64,000 nucleotides of DNA from Phoronis australis (Eukaryota > Animalia > Phoronida): the NCBI GenBank assembly GCA_002633005.1, contig NMRA01000076.1, positions 680,564 to 744,563 of the forward strand. The letters are read 5' to 3'. Below are positions 38,470 to 52,189 of the stretch, one piece after another. Under the pieces are notes generated by a model. The model ran no database searches. It was given only the letters and a program-made list of their open reading frames with translations, and had not been told where the DNA came from. The position numbers and the translations under genes were made by a program. Every line of letters starts with the position of its first letter. Within the stretch, counting starts at the first letter, position 1.

Positions 38470-41400
38470 ACAAGAGCTCTGTTTTTTCACAAAAACGTAA
38501 AAACTTATAAGCAACGATACTACACTTGCACTCAATGTTGATACATTTGTTTGCAGTAGCCTTAGACAATGCAATATCTGAAGATTTCAGCTCAGAAATT
38601 TGAATAGAACCCGAGACTTGAATGCAACAAGGGGCAGACATCTTGCCAGTCTATTGTTAAGTCGCACACTCGTTCAATAATTCATGGTTTCAGTAGAGTA
38701 CTAGGTGTCTCAAAACTGCTCTTTGCAAAACATAAAATGATTCAGGAATTTGCCAAGAATTATTTCAGTACGATGACACTCGTGGCCACTTGACTTGGCT
38801 TTCCTCAATTCCTAACTGCTGCCTGCTGGTTTTTTGAGCTTTGGCCCTTGGTAATTGCCTATTACTTGCTCCCTGATCCAAGAGTTTTAAAAAACTATCC
38901 AATGTAGTCAGTAGCAGTAAAAAAGCTAGCTAAGCCAGCAGGATAACATCAGCCGAATGTCCTCTGATGAATGTTTTCATGCTAAGCAGACGACGTTTGA
39001 AGGGAAAGGTATGGACACAATATTTTCCTGGCATTTGATTGGCTGTTCTGATCATTTTGCAATGACACCTGGTGGCTAACATATTAGTTGAAGCTGTATT
39101 TTTTCCAACTTTTAAATTAAAATTTTTACTAAACGTGCAAGTTTATTCTTGGGAACTTTTTTGAAATTGACTTTTGAACATCTGTAGATGGGTTAAATTC
39201 AAAGTTCCCGTTGCTCCAAGAAAGTAGCCACAGAGATGAAAGATAGGAGAACTGGGAGTATGGCCTAATCAGCATTTCGTTTATCGTATGTGGGGATGAG
39301 TACGAGTTGTGTGGTAAAAAAATGGGACGTCTTCATTGAAAACTTGATACTTAATGAACGTATCGCTGAAGTGAATCCCAAAGACAAAGAACACCCTTCA
39401 GCACGATATCACCACCAAGGACAACTTGCAGGACATTGACGCAAAGGGCTGAATGAGACGTCGCAAGACTTAATCTGCCGAGCTCAAGGTCGGACTGATC
39501 TTCAATATGCCGCTGCCTTACTAGGAGTCGATCCTCTCTTATTAAATATAGAGAAGTTGTAAATTGTGATTTTTATATAATCCATGGTTAACTTATTCAC
39601 AACAAGTTCAATTACTTCCTGCATGATGTCGTGTTTATTTATTAAAACAATTCGTTAAAGCATCGCTATATTTCTTTAAATTTTTTCAATAGAGAGTCTT
39701 TAAATCCATAGAGTCATTGTTTTATTTAGACCACAAAAACATCAAATTTATATACTCAGTGTACATCAAGAAGACACCATGCACACAAAGACGTTTTGTT
39801 CTGTATAGCTACTAATGCAAAAAGACTCGTTGTTATTCCTGTGTTGTGGTTTGGTCATTAACTCATAACGAGTTGCTCAATTTTGTATACATGTAAACTG
39901 CATTTATTTATTTCATCCTTAATTTTAGTAGTGATTTTATATCAGTACACGAATGTGGAATGGTGTACATGTACATGTACACAAATTATAGTCACCTGTT
40001 CCGATGTTATTGGCCTTTATGTAATAACTCATGGCATGGGTGAAACTAATAGTCGACTTTGCAAACAATTGGAGAGGTGTTGGTGAGCATTCCAGCCTGC
40101 TCTCGCCTCTTAAAATCCCCCTGATTGTGAACAGAACAATGGGCCAACGTTATGAGCTCGTATCTATTCTGTACTATTGGCCTACGTAAAATTATATCAC
40201 ATTTCATGAGAGCAAGTTTTTATCATACATTTTCTGAATCATCTTTAACTCCTGCAACTACATTGTTTTCTCGTTCTTGTTGTTGAGCTTTAACTTGCGT
40301 ATTTTTATATTATGGGATATCTTTTTGGTGATGACAACCGTAGCTAGAATATTTCCCTAACACAACTTACGTTGCTGTGACAATTTTGGCCGTTGCGACA
40401 ATTTGGCCTGTACTATAGTACTCAAGCAAAAATTGTTGTGACAACTGGGCTAATAATGACAATTACAGCGTACTGCAGATGGGGGCACCCATTCTGAGAC
40501 TTATGACCCCGTTGGCTGTCCTAGCAACTGAGTCGTGACGTTTTGCTCACATGGCAACGAGATCAAGTATGCAACAAACGAGGTGAACGACGGAAAATTT
40601 GTTTCCCCGACTCCTGTGTAATTTTCAGAATTTTCATTTATTCAGCAATTCATAGTTCGTTAGGCCTAGTAATGTTTTTTAAAAGTCCTAAAACTCTTCG
40701 GACAAAAAGTCTCAATATTTACTTTGCCTTCGTAATCAAATACTCGAACCTGCTCCGTCGGACTATATTTACTTTGATTTCTAATCGTAGGAGACGCCTT
40801 GTCTCCTTACATGTTTGACTAAAATGAGGAAAGGGAGCTTTGAAATGACTCGGAATCCCGACTAGGTGATTACAGCCCATCCTCGTTCTATCCCCTGCTA
40901 ATGCAACATACTATGTCACAGAAAGGACATTGTGATTTATGGTTGTTGTTATCGGTGGACTTTCCCTGCAGTTGTCGCGTAGTAACTCGCCTAAAAGGTT
41001 GGTCACGCTTGCCCGTTAAACATACTTTGTAACGAGTTTTCAAGATGTGCTCAGGACAGATGTGCGCGTGAGAGTCCCGGACAAGTACCAGGCGGACCCA
41101 TGTGGGTTTTTGCGCCTATCTGTGAAACTCCTCATTAACGTTACTTTATGTTTATTAGAGAAAAAATGCATCCCTGGTGATTTTTCCCTTCACGACTGCG
41201 GCATAAAAGCTCACTATAACCTAGGATCTTATATAGTTTTAAAATGTGTACCGTATTTAGGTAACGTCCTGTGCCCGGTTACATGAAACAGTTCCTAATA
41301 GGGACTTAACTAAGGTTCCCTAAATCTAATGTGTGCTTGTGGACTTGAAAATGAAGAGCTTTTATGCTGGCCAAAGATAAAACGATATCACGCGATCCTG

Positions 41401-41485
41401 ATGAAATAGTTTGCTTAAACGAAAAGCAAACAAATTTTCAAATAAAACGAAGTGCGTCATGAACTTTGCAAGTCAGAAGGATAAA

Positions 41486-41767
41486 ATGATGTCTGCGGGT
41501 TCAGTCTTCACCGCTTTCTTGTTGGCTATTACACACGGTGGATATTGCCTACACAATGCAACAAGTGGAGAGTCGTACACACACATGGCAGTTTTGAGTG
41601 AAAACGTTTTCGAACTTTTCTGGAAGTATGATTCATCAAAAATCACATTCGAAGTAGAAGTCGCTACAACAGGATGGGTTGGCTTTGGACTGTCGCCAAA
41701 CGGAGGAATGGCGGGATCGGATATTGTCATCGGAGGTGTCCATGGTGACGGAAGGTGGTATTTCACG
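41486..41767 (+). CDS. MOXD1: MOXD1-like copy C exon 1
   Basis: MMSAGSVFTAFLLAITHGGYC signal-like peptide; DOMON GWVGFGLSPNGGMAGSD; ACG|GTAAGA; 282 nt as in copy B. Confidence 0.92.
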
Positions 41768-42437
41768 GTAAGATTGCGTAAAAAACGTAGAGATCCTACG
41801 AATCATTCACACATAGGCACAAATAGGGACCGCTGTCACTACAAAGCCGGAGTATGTTGCATTGACAGCAATCAGGCGAGATTTCGCAATAGCGATATCA
41901 TATAACTCAACGCATTACGTGTACATGTATGTTGAAATATCTCAATTGCGACAAAACTTGCTCTTCTCCAGTCATGTCACTAACATATCCTGCATGTGCT
42001 TAAAATTACCAAAATAATTGCTATTTCTTAAATTATTCCAAAGACATATTAAATTAAACATTCAAACTTCAGTCTTCATTTCTCAATTTTGGAGTTTCGA
42101 AAAAATGTCATCTACTTTAGAGAGGAAATAAACCATTTATAAAGATTCCCTGGTTCGTTTTCCTGCCAACTAAGATGGATGCGGTGAAAGATCACGAGAA
42201 ACGATATATTTCGAGAGTTCTTCAATCAAAGTTATTTAAAATTTATTGAGTGCGAACTCTGCCGGCCAAAGATGGACATTTTCGAAGTAAGATGAAGTGA
42301 AATGATTAAGGTCATGTAGGTCCTTACAGACCAGTTTGTGCATTTAACCAAACGTTAAGACAATTTGTATAAGTACAGATAAGAATTATTAGATTCCTTA
42401 AATCTTAATTAAGAGAGAGTGAAAGAGAGTGGGTGAC

Positions 42438-42442
<5 letters not shown>

Positions 42443-42484
<42 letters not shown>
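42443..42484. repeat. (GA)n microsatellite
   Basis: Directly visible. Confidence 0.9.
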
Positions 42485-42486
<2 letters not shown>

Positions 42487-43105
42487 AGTTGTGATAGCAA
42501 ATGAAATTGTTTTTATAGTAATGTGGAAGTTGCTTGTGTAAAAATTTGACATAATTATATTTACAAGCAGGATATATTAAGAATGTCTCGGCGTTTTATG
42601 TGCAAAATAGTATGAACTGATGATTATTCGTAAGGCTCATTTCTGAAGAAATTGTAATGTGCTTGCATTTTTAAGTCCCCATGTTGGGATGCCAAAGTTA
42701 AGCGCGTGTGGATCAAGGAGTATTCTATCGTTGTTAGTGTGAATATAAGCTGATATTTCTTGAACTTATTGAGTACGCCACGGGTTTTTGCATTTTTTGT
42801 TCCCTCAAGATTCATGTGTTATTGTGCTGACTTATCATTTTTATATAACATATGGTTTTATACACATAGATAAATCCAGTAACTTTATCCTCCTTTAGAT
42901 AACTTTTACACAGACTTCTCGATAATGGGCTCAGTTGCTTTCCGGCTACGAATTTTGATGAGGAATAATCTGATCCGGATATTCTCCATAAGATCTAACA
43001 CAGATTTAATTGTGCACACGGTTTTAAATTTCATTAAAATATATATTCTTGAGCCCTGACACGCTTTAATGTCATTCTGGACAAGTTGATTTTTCTACGT
43101 TTCAG

Positions 43106-43252
43106 GATCGCCATGCTGCTGGGAAAACAGAGCCCTCTGTTGACGATTCTCAGGACTATGTTTTGCTTCACAGCTCACAAAATCAAATTATGACCACGTT
43201 GAGATTCTCCAGAAAATTAGACACGTGCGATAATGACGATATGATTATCAAT
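43106..43252 (+). CDS. MOXD1: MOXD1-like copy C exon 2
   Basis: tttcag|GAT; DRHAAGKTEPSVDDSQDY...LDTCDNDDMIIN|GTGAGT; 147 nt. Confidence 0.92.
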
Positions 43253-45119
43253 GTGAGTATATTTGCTCAAACTCAGATCTGTAAAGTTTANGGCTATTCG
43301 GAAAATTTACATTAACTAGAGGGCGCGCGTGTACTAGTGGTAATAGATAAGCAGCCTCGATTTCGCGAGCCTATTAAATACATGGTGAAAGGGCTTACAA
43401 CCGTGCCAAATGATTCTGAGATTGCGTGAAAAGTTTGCTTCTATGAGAGGAAGTAAGCACAACCTTATGCAAAGGTAATGTTTGTAACTGTTTTAACGAT
43501 TATTCCATGTTTATTGTACTGTTGCCTGTTAACTGAGGTATTCGCCGATGTCGACTTCGCGACAGTCGCCTGTCGGTTTAATCTTTGTTGTGATATGTGT
43601 TACGATACTTGACGTAGCACTCGGGATCTTTTTGTTCATCACAGCAGTATCATTGTTTGGAATGATTTCTGACAGTTTCATCAGTGACAGTTACATCAAT
43701 CAATGCTGGTTTTTTATGCTGTCAACTCGATATTGGTTAGTGAGTTAAGATTACCATTCAAGCCCAATGGCAAAGGGTTCGTGACAAATATCCATTAGAC
43801 TATTTGTTTGCTCCCTAACCTATGTCTTCCGGAAATCTATGGCGCGTTGAAATGGAAATCTGTTATGTCTGTTTTCACATGAACTTTGGTTTTTAGGTTT
43901 GAAGCCTTGTACCGTGCAGATATGCAACGCTTCTGCACCGTCCCTGAATAGACAAAAACTAGTTTTAAGCATGTGACTGCAGCTAACCAGCAAGATCTTC
44001 CCATCCAGTGCAGATCTGTTGTCAAAGCCTACTTTCTATATCGGAGACAACGAATAAAGCCTTTGAAAAAGGAACAGCTATTTTTAAAGAAACGTATGCG
44101 AGTCGTTTTGTTAATTTACTTATTCAGGTCCTTAGCGGTGGATTGGCATAGGAGGTTGCGGGGGCGGATCCAGGATTTTGAGTTTGGGTGGGGGGCAGGG
44201 CACAGGAATAACCAGAATTTCGGCACATGTGATCGCCCATCCTAAAATGTAGGGATACAGGGGTCACAAATATTTGAGTTTGTGTTGTTGCAACTGAAAG
44301 TGTGCAAATAACATGTCATACATGTCTGGGGGAAAGAGCATATGGTGAGGTAATTCTTAACCTTCATGAAGTTCCTTCAGGTTTATTTCATGAAAATGTT
44401 TTGCTATGAGATATAAACCCTTAAAAATACATTTTCTGAATTCTCAGTGACTGAATAGTCTTAACTCATGCCTTGAAATGTTGCAAGTCATTTATAAATT
44501 CAAATGACTGCCATTCTTGTGAAAATTGCATTTTTGATGGTGCCTTGCGATTTGTATTTGCTCTTAAACAACGGAAAGCTTAACCATCATTTTAATTAAC
44601 CTCAAGTCTTCATATTCTCTATTATAAGAAAATAAAAAGTCTGAGAAACGGTTCCTCAGCCTTAGCCTAGAAGTATGCTTGACAGACCGACGAATCTGTA
44701 ATCGGAGTTTAAAATTGCTGAAATTATCAAAAATAAAAAAGGCTTGAAAATGGTTACAAAGGTTTGAAGTTGTCTCAAAAAACTTGCATATTTTGCAGAC
44801 AAGTGATGAGTTAAAGAATTGTTATGGCTACGAATGAAAAATAAAGACGCAGTTTTATACAATACTTATTGTATGCACCCTTGCTTTCTAAAAATTCTAA
44901 TTATTTAATTTTGTGTGAAATTGTAGAACAGACACCATATCATATTTTTGAAAAACACGGGTAGCAGTTTTAACACAACCTAGAGTACTTAATTATTCAT
45001 ATTTCAATATTTCTTCCAAGTTCAGTGACATTTTAATGCCACTTCAAGCTGTAACATGGATAAGCTTTGTTACTCATTTCTCTTCCTACGCATTTTCCAC
45101 GCATGGCACAATGTACAAG

Positions 45120-47258
45120 CAAGGAGTGTAGTAGTATAGGAGAGTTCACTTGTGAGTTCGCTGTTACCGCTACTACTAGCGCCGCCAAGTGGTGAACAAG
45201 CAACTGTCAACCAGGAAGCGCCAAAACAATGGGGAAGGACGCATTTTGCAGTGCGATAAATTTCATGAATTTATCCACGGAAACCCCAGACGTGTCATTT
45301 TTTAGGTTTCCTAAGGATCCAGAAAGGTAAGGATTATCTGTTATTCAATAAAATGATACATTGGCTTTCATTTTGTGTGTTCTGTTCACGATTGTTAGAC
45401 AAGTCGATCACAGTCCCGTTGCCACTGTTCTCAGTGTTTGCAGTGTAGGCTAGGCCTACTGTACAACCAGGCTGCCGGCGGAAGGACTATGATGAACGTA
45501 CGATGTGATCGTCAGCTTTTTGGATACTTGCAGTCCATCAATTCCAAATCAAAATGTCACCGGTACGATTGCAGGGATAATTTTAGGAAAACATACCCAT
45601 GCCCATGGGCCATAATATGACTGGTGACACGGCCATGACACAATCACAGCCACAGGGCCGCCATTGAAAACTTAATTCTATGTGTCAATGATGTGGGGGC
45701 GCGGCCCTGTTAAAATATCCGTGGATCAACATTTGAGTCCAAGTTTTTTTCAGTTGACACCACAAAAACGCTTTTGTCTCTATCACAATCACAGTACGAC
45801 AGGAATTCTGTAGTGCAGTGTACTTTAGTGTAGGCTACCAGTCTTCTGTGAACCTAGTGAGTATGAGGTTTTTTCCTTAGTCTCCCAGTCATTGATTTCT
45901 GTTCAGGTGCAAGCGCTGGGAGCTGACCTTATGAATAGAGATGCAACCGATTTGTCCAAGAACCGCAAGATATGCTCTCATCACTTCGAGGAGTCCATGT
46001 TCATGAATGAAGAACAAGCTGGTATTGACTCCAGTGCCCGAACAATATTTGATGTACTGAATCCACCCGATCAAAAATGAAGATGTCAGGGAAATTATAT
46101 TACAGCTCTGGATTAGGCTTTTTTGCATTTCTGATTATCGTCTCACAAAGCAAGTACTGGAACATCACGTGTAGAAAGGACAATTAGTCCGCAAAATCTG
46201 GTTTTCGTATTTTACTAAGGTTGATCAGATTGAAACATTTTATGAATGGTTAGCCTGTGATATGGAGAGAGCCAAAGTGAAACTGATGGATCATTCAGAG
46301 TCTGAATGGTGGGCTGAAATTTTGTTAAACCCAAGCTATCCGTATCATTTTGCTTCTCGATGACAAACACTTCTGTGAGTAAATTAATTTTCAGCTTTAT
46401 TTATAACGCATTTCTTTGGCGAAAAGTGCTGTTGTTTGCTAGTGAATTAATAGAGAGTGACAAGGTTGGTCAGATTTTCTTGTTGTATTGGTTGGTGTTT
46501 GTGTTGCCTGTTTTGTACGTTTTTGGAAATTGTGATTAATTTAAGGCTGGGTATCAGATATGATCTAGTGGTCTGGCTTTAACTTACCTGAAATATTTAC
46601 TAATAGGAACAGTGGGTATATAAAATAAAATTTTGGTTTTATCATCCAAGTCTTTTAAATTCAAAATGTGTGACGATGGGAGGGGATCAACACCCATGTG
46701 GCATACATACCCACTGGTTTTTACCTGTTTAGCACTCCTCATGTAACCCCCCTGGGAGGGGGGCAACACCCATTTGGCGCCCACCTGCCGGTTTTTGCCT
46801 GGTACCCCCTTAGCTGGCACCTGGGGGGAATTCCCCTCTGAACCCCCAGGAGCAATCATTCAAATTATGTAGTCCATGGAGCTATGAACTGTTATAAGGA
46901 ACGATAACTGCCTTGTTAAGAACTCAAGCATGAAACAAAACCATGATGAATTTTGAAGGGAGCTTCAAGAGAATAAAAACAAATACACTTTAATATTGAT
47001 TAAAATACACATTTTCTTTCTCATTCTATTGTAAGTGGATGTTAGTTTATGTATTCTAACCATTTTCAATCACACAGTAATTTTATTGCACGTTGAATGT
47101 CATTAAAGAATGAATTTATGAGCGTTTACATTGTTCGGAGTGCGCGCCAAACTAAGTGTTGATTATTCACCGCTTGGAGCGCTAGTGTTTCGACCAGTAA
47201 CAATTGCGGCGAATGGTAAAATGGCGGAGTGAACTCTCCTATACTCGTACACTCCTTG
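45120..47258 (+). mobile_element. P-element-superfamily non-autonomous transposon with spliced THAP remnant
   Basis: 31-bp TIRs CAAGGAGTGTAGTAGTATAGGAGAGTTCACT and AGTGAACTCTCCTATACTCGTACACTCCTTG (2 mismatches); 7-bp TSD GTACAAG; THAP exons 45229-45326 (MGKDAFCSAIN...FFRFPKDPER) and 45907-~46080 (CKRW..RKICSHHFEESMF..TIFDV). Confidence 0.85.
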
Positions 47259-48269
47259 GTACAAGTCAGTGGCACTGAAGAAATGTGAACCGCAGTACTA
47301 AGTTACCATAAGACAATGTGCCAGTGGATTGTTTGTGTATGAAGAGGAACTGCATCTGACTGCTACACTAGTCAGCCTCGTTGGTGAGGATGCAATGAGT
47401 CATGTGTGGACAATAGCTTATTTCCTTTCCTGGAAGAAACATGAGGGAATGAAGCTAACGAAGACCTAGTGACATTCTGGTCTAGTTAAGGGTCAGAGTT
47501 TGGGCACAAAATGGGTCAAGCAACATGCTGTTGTGTGAACCTTCAAGGGTCAAATTGTGGATGTTATTGCAGTTGAATGAGGTTACATGAAAGAAAGCCA
47601 CGTGCCGAAACTGGACCTTTTTACAAGCGTTTCTATAGGCCATTGAAACTAGATCCCAGTGAAATGAAAACCAAAAGCATCTGGTATGAATACCTGTCCT
47701 TTCTCACTGAGTGACATTAACTTTTCCTTTCAGAAGAAAAGCTTTATACTAATGGTAAAAACTTTTCAATTTCGTACATATTATGGGGAAATGACATCGA
47801 TTGTCTTATTGTCAGTAGAAAGCCCGTTAATGTTACACTTTGATGATCGAATAAATTTTTCATCAACAGGCAAGTTTGTCACTAATTTTTGATACCGCAA
47901 TATTTCTTCAGTTTTAAAGACCCATACAGTGCAGTTGTGCTTTTTCTTTATAATGCTGAAATGTAATAAGTTTTATGTTAAATTGTCTATGAACAAAAGT
48001 TCCACATGCAAGAAAAGTGTGTTTTCAATTGTAGCTAGCTGGATAAGAATCTGCTATGCACAAGAATCGAGAATAAACAATTATCAGAGTGTATTTAAAA
48101 GCAAAATGGCAAACTGAATAACCACATGTATACAAAGAAACAACATTGTAAAAAACAATTGTAATTTTCCCAATGCAACGGAGTCCGTAACCAGGCATAT
48201 CAAGTACATTTCTGAATTAGGTTCCATTCTCTCAGGTTATTGCTGAAGGATTGCTGTTCATTTATTCTA

Positions 48270-49165
48270 AAGGTAAAATAGATGGTCAGGCGGCTGGTTT
48301 CAGTCGTTTTCTCTCACCTGTAACAGAACAGAAAAGAAATATTAGCAAATTATGGAAGAAAACACAAGACAAAACTATTTTTCTAAGGCAGAGCATACTT
48401 GACGTTTCATCTTCATGTTTATAAGTAGAAACTAATAATCTTTGTACCCAAGTTGTATTTAAGATCTGAATTAAAATATATGAAACAGGCTAAAAGTGAT
48501 TTAACAATGTCTATTTTTCATGACACCTGAAATGCGCTTCTGATCTCAAGCAAAATTCATTCTAGGTGTCAATTTTTATTCCAATGCAATGTTATGATTT
48601 TTACTGAATAGCTTATTCATGTTAGTTGGGTAACTAATCTGGTAGTCCCGGGGGTTGGGTGTGCTATAAAATAAAGAAACTCACTCATCTAGAGAGTTTA
48701 ATTGGACATAACATAGCTTTGAATAGAAACTGCAGTGAAAAAGTCACACTTGACTTCTGAGCGTCACGTACCATATACCCCTAATATTGGGCGCACTCCC
48801 ACCCAGGACAATATGTGAATTATGTGCTGCTAGCCTACCCGGCATCCGAGTACCGGGTGAGTTTCCGGAAAGAAACATTTAGTTCCACACAATAAACCCG
48901 TTATTCAGTGGGGTAACAGGTGGGGTTAACATCACCGAACGATGTCAATAGAAATTGATTGCTAAAAACTTACCAAGTAACGTTATGTAGTCTCCCAGTG
49001 GAAATGAATAGACAAAACAGGGGGCTTCGGCATCCACACACTTTTTGTCAGTTGGTTGACCCTTTTGACTACAATTCTCCACGAATGTAGTAACCTTAGG
49101 TCTTTTGGGAATTTCTGACCACCTGTGGAAGACTTGCACCAGGGAAAAAAGCAATAATAAGGCTT
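48270..49165 (-). pseudogene. Spliced degenerate THAP domain (transposon-derived)
   Basis: PYYCFFPWCKSSTGGQKFPKDLRLLHSWRIVVKR...WMPKP..SIHF (49165-49001); donor at 48974|GTAAGT; acceptor cag|48317; then ERKRLKPAA*PSILP. Confidence 0.7.
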
Positions 49166-51280
49166 AGCGCAACGACGTATTTTGACACCAATTCCGTCAT
49201 TTTACCATCTGCTTACATACAGACAGCGGCGCATGCGCAATTCGATCACCACTAGTACAGCAGCAACACCGCGAGGAGAATTCTCCGAATAGCCCCACTG
49301 GGTCTATCGTTTTCCCGCCGCAAGTGCTTGAATCAATCAGGTCACCAAGAGCGCAAACCTTTCGAAAACACGCTTGATTTTTAGAGAGTCTGTTACCTCT
49401 TAATATTTTCAAAAATTTAATGTGTTGCGTTTAATTTATTTTCTGTTCAACTCAATGAAGCCACTTAATATAAATGCATTCAACACGATTAATGCATTGT
49501 AAAAACCACAAGTCATGCTCTATCAACATTAGATATAATCAGTATACCCCTTTCTTAAAAACTGGGTTAAAATTTAGAAACAAAAGACACAATTTTCCAT
49601 CACTTGCAACGTCGATTTTCGACATGGATGTAGGGGAAGAATATCGGTATGGCGACAACAACACAGAATCGTACCAGCGAAGGCGAGGATTTTCGGATTT
49701 TGATTCGTTTTGTTGTATGTCAGGCAGGGTTCGTGATAACGTTGGTGAACGGTAACAAAGGTCTCACAACTGTCACCGATATAGTCATCTTGTCTGTTTT
49801 CATGCAACCTTCCCTGATGAAAACTTAAATGAAGAGTACCTTCAGTAATTGAGTGAGCACGGTATACTGTGCGATTTATGTTGAATTATTCAACGGTTCT
49901 TTTAGAAACCATTTCACGCTATACCCAAGGCTCATGCACAGTACAACCAACAGCCCTTTTAAGGGCCACCTAACAGTTCCTAGAAGAATTGCTCACTTGA
50001 GAATGTTGAATATTATAAACCTACAAAGGTTAAACCAGTGAAATTTTTACAGCGGCAAACTTTTTAATCCGAACAAATTAATATTTTTCTATATAAGTAT
50101 CTTTTGCATTCATAGGTACTTCTTGGAATTTGTGGGCAAATATGCTTTCGTAGCTTTCTCAGTATGTGAGCAATGAATCACAAACTGTCCAATAACTATG
50201 CTGCTAGTATTGTGCAAGCACACGACATAATCAGTCGGCACCGAAGTTTGAATTTTGTAATAAATTACCAGCAGCATTGCCAAAAGTACTCACGATACCA
50301 ACAGTTCTACTATTGGAAGACCTTAAACAGCGTTTCAATGCCGAATCTGTTGTCTATAATCACATTAAAGTGTTTCACGTTTTTCTATACCACATGACTA
50401 AAAACGATTTTCTTACGTGAAAATTTGAGACAATGGGGAGGAAAACACTGAGAGCAGTCAATACAGTTGACCAGCTTTTCCAAAATTGATTTATTAGGGT
50501 TAACTAACCTACCTCACAGCATAAACGGTCTCGCATTTCTTTCATAAAAGGAGCTTTATAGTTACTGTGTGCGTTTGTGCTAAATTAAACGAAATGGAGT
50601 GTAAAGTTAGTGCCACAAGCGTTCAGCAAATGCTTAGGCTTATCGAGAAACAAAACACTAACTATCCTGCAATTGTTAGAGTGACCATAACCCGTTGGGC
50701 TAATCTCTGTCCGTGAGCCTTGACTGAATGGCGGACAACTTGGTAGCAGCCCCACTACACGGATTAGTTGCTGAAGGTGAACGTCACATACGGGATTTGT
50801 GGTTCGGCTCTATCCGTTCATGGTGATTGCACATGATTAATAGAATATTGAAATTTTGCATATGCTACTAGTTACTCGAAAGACTACAGATAAGGCATCT
50901 GATGTGCCTCTGTCTATCTTTTTTATACAAAAAATCTAACTCTTTTCGCGGGTTAAGCATGCGCGCACCCGGGGGGGCTCAGGGGACTCGAACGAGCCCC
51001 CATTTGGCGAAGTGGGCAAAAAGGTCCGCCATAAAGAAACAAAAACTCCGAAAAAAGTAGAAAACGAGACAAAAGTCCACTAAAAAGGGAAGGACTAGCA
51101 AAATTCAGAGAATGTACAATTCATAGCTCTGAACGTTTCCCATAAATGTAAAAGTAAAATGTCCACATTCTCAATAATTCGAGCCCCCATTTTTTAGGGT
51201 GGGTGTGCCCATGTTAAATTAGACGGTGCACGGTACCTAAACCTGTAACATAATATAGCATTGTTGCCGTTCTCCTACAG

Positions 51281-51364
51281 GTGTCGGTGCCTTCAACTGA
51301 CACTACGTACTGGTGCAAAGGTTATAACGTTCCGCAGCTATCAAAGAAGCACCATGTGATAAAG
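51281..51364 (+). CDS. MOXD1: MOXD1-like copy C exon 4
   Basis: ctacag|GTG; VSVPSTDTTYWCKGYNVPQLSKKHHVIK|GTACGT. Confidence 0.92.
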
Positions 51365-52189
51365 GTACGTAAAACGAAATTATATGACAAACTTTGACTT
51401 TTTTACACGTAGCGTTGAACGTCATATGCATAAAGAATTGTGAAAAACGGATGTGTCAAATCGAGGTGACTTTTTATAATGACTCGTCTTAACTGAGCTG
51501 TGCCGTCGAGTTTATGTTGTGTATTAGGGAAAGAGAGAAGAAATCCTTAGAGGAGAACTGACCAATTAGATAACTTATAGACTGCGTTAGCATGAGTTAA
51601 TCTGTCAGTCTCCTTTGCCACTTCTTGGATTCATATTCCACAAATCTTCGCTCTGGGATCCGCAGGCGTCAGTGTTTTCGGTATCCGCAACACACGTCAA
51701 TTGAACATTATTTATCAAGCGCTAGTTTTCTAGGAAAAAATTGGTTATGTCTCTGAAGGTGCCCGCTTGGTTTTAATTCTTATACTACAATCAATCTGTC
51801 ATGATCAAGGATTAAGTAATAAAAAGGTGTTGTAAGATGAGTCGTTTCTACGTTTGAAACCTCGACATTAATTGCATTCCTCTCACAAAATTAAAACCAC
51901 CAAGTTGGATTATTAGATGTGAACAAACATTAAGTGTTGTAAAATCCAATATTAGCAAATAATTCAAGCTCAAAAGCACAAAAGGTGTCACGTTTATAAG
52001 GCAATTTAAGCTTGGATCTCATGATCTTTAAATAGATGTAGGCAGTTATTTTCATATTTGTCTTGCCAAAAGAACTTTGTTTGGTCAAAACTGAATAAGT
52101 AGAGCTTACAAATTTATTTTGCAGCAAGGATTTGGCCATGTTTGTGAGTCAGTTGTGATGTCACTGCAAAATCGTTGTAACCTTTTCAG

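Larger units (their letters stand above)
34259..39267 (-). mobile_element. Academ-type DNA transposon remnant (TAG...CTA termini, 3-bp ATC TSD)
   Basis: ATC|TAGGCCATA...TATGGCCTA|ATC; empty site ATATGATCAGCAC in the paralogous spacer near 62010-62022; minus-strand remnants LYG..LNKARY..F..PPNHDCLLLH..ANCQ, SPVGNGW, CKCKRSC..CSC.KSGMPCSKLCDC.DC.N followed by an acidic tail. Confidence 0.8.

Noticed and set aside
41411-41485. N-terminal extension of copy C from the ORF track (TTG start)
   Set aside because: Non-ATG start; the homologous region is frameshifted in copy D; the signal peptide begins at 41486.
47638-49319. Possible TIRs (GGC...TAGA(T)CCCAGTG) around the minus-strand THAP remnant
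   Set aside because: Weak match and no TSD; boundaries not called.
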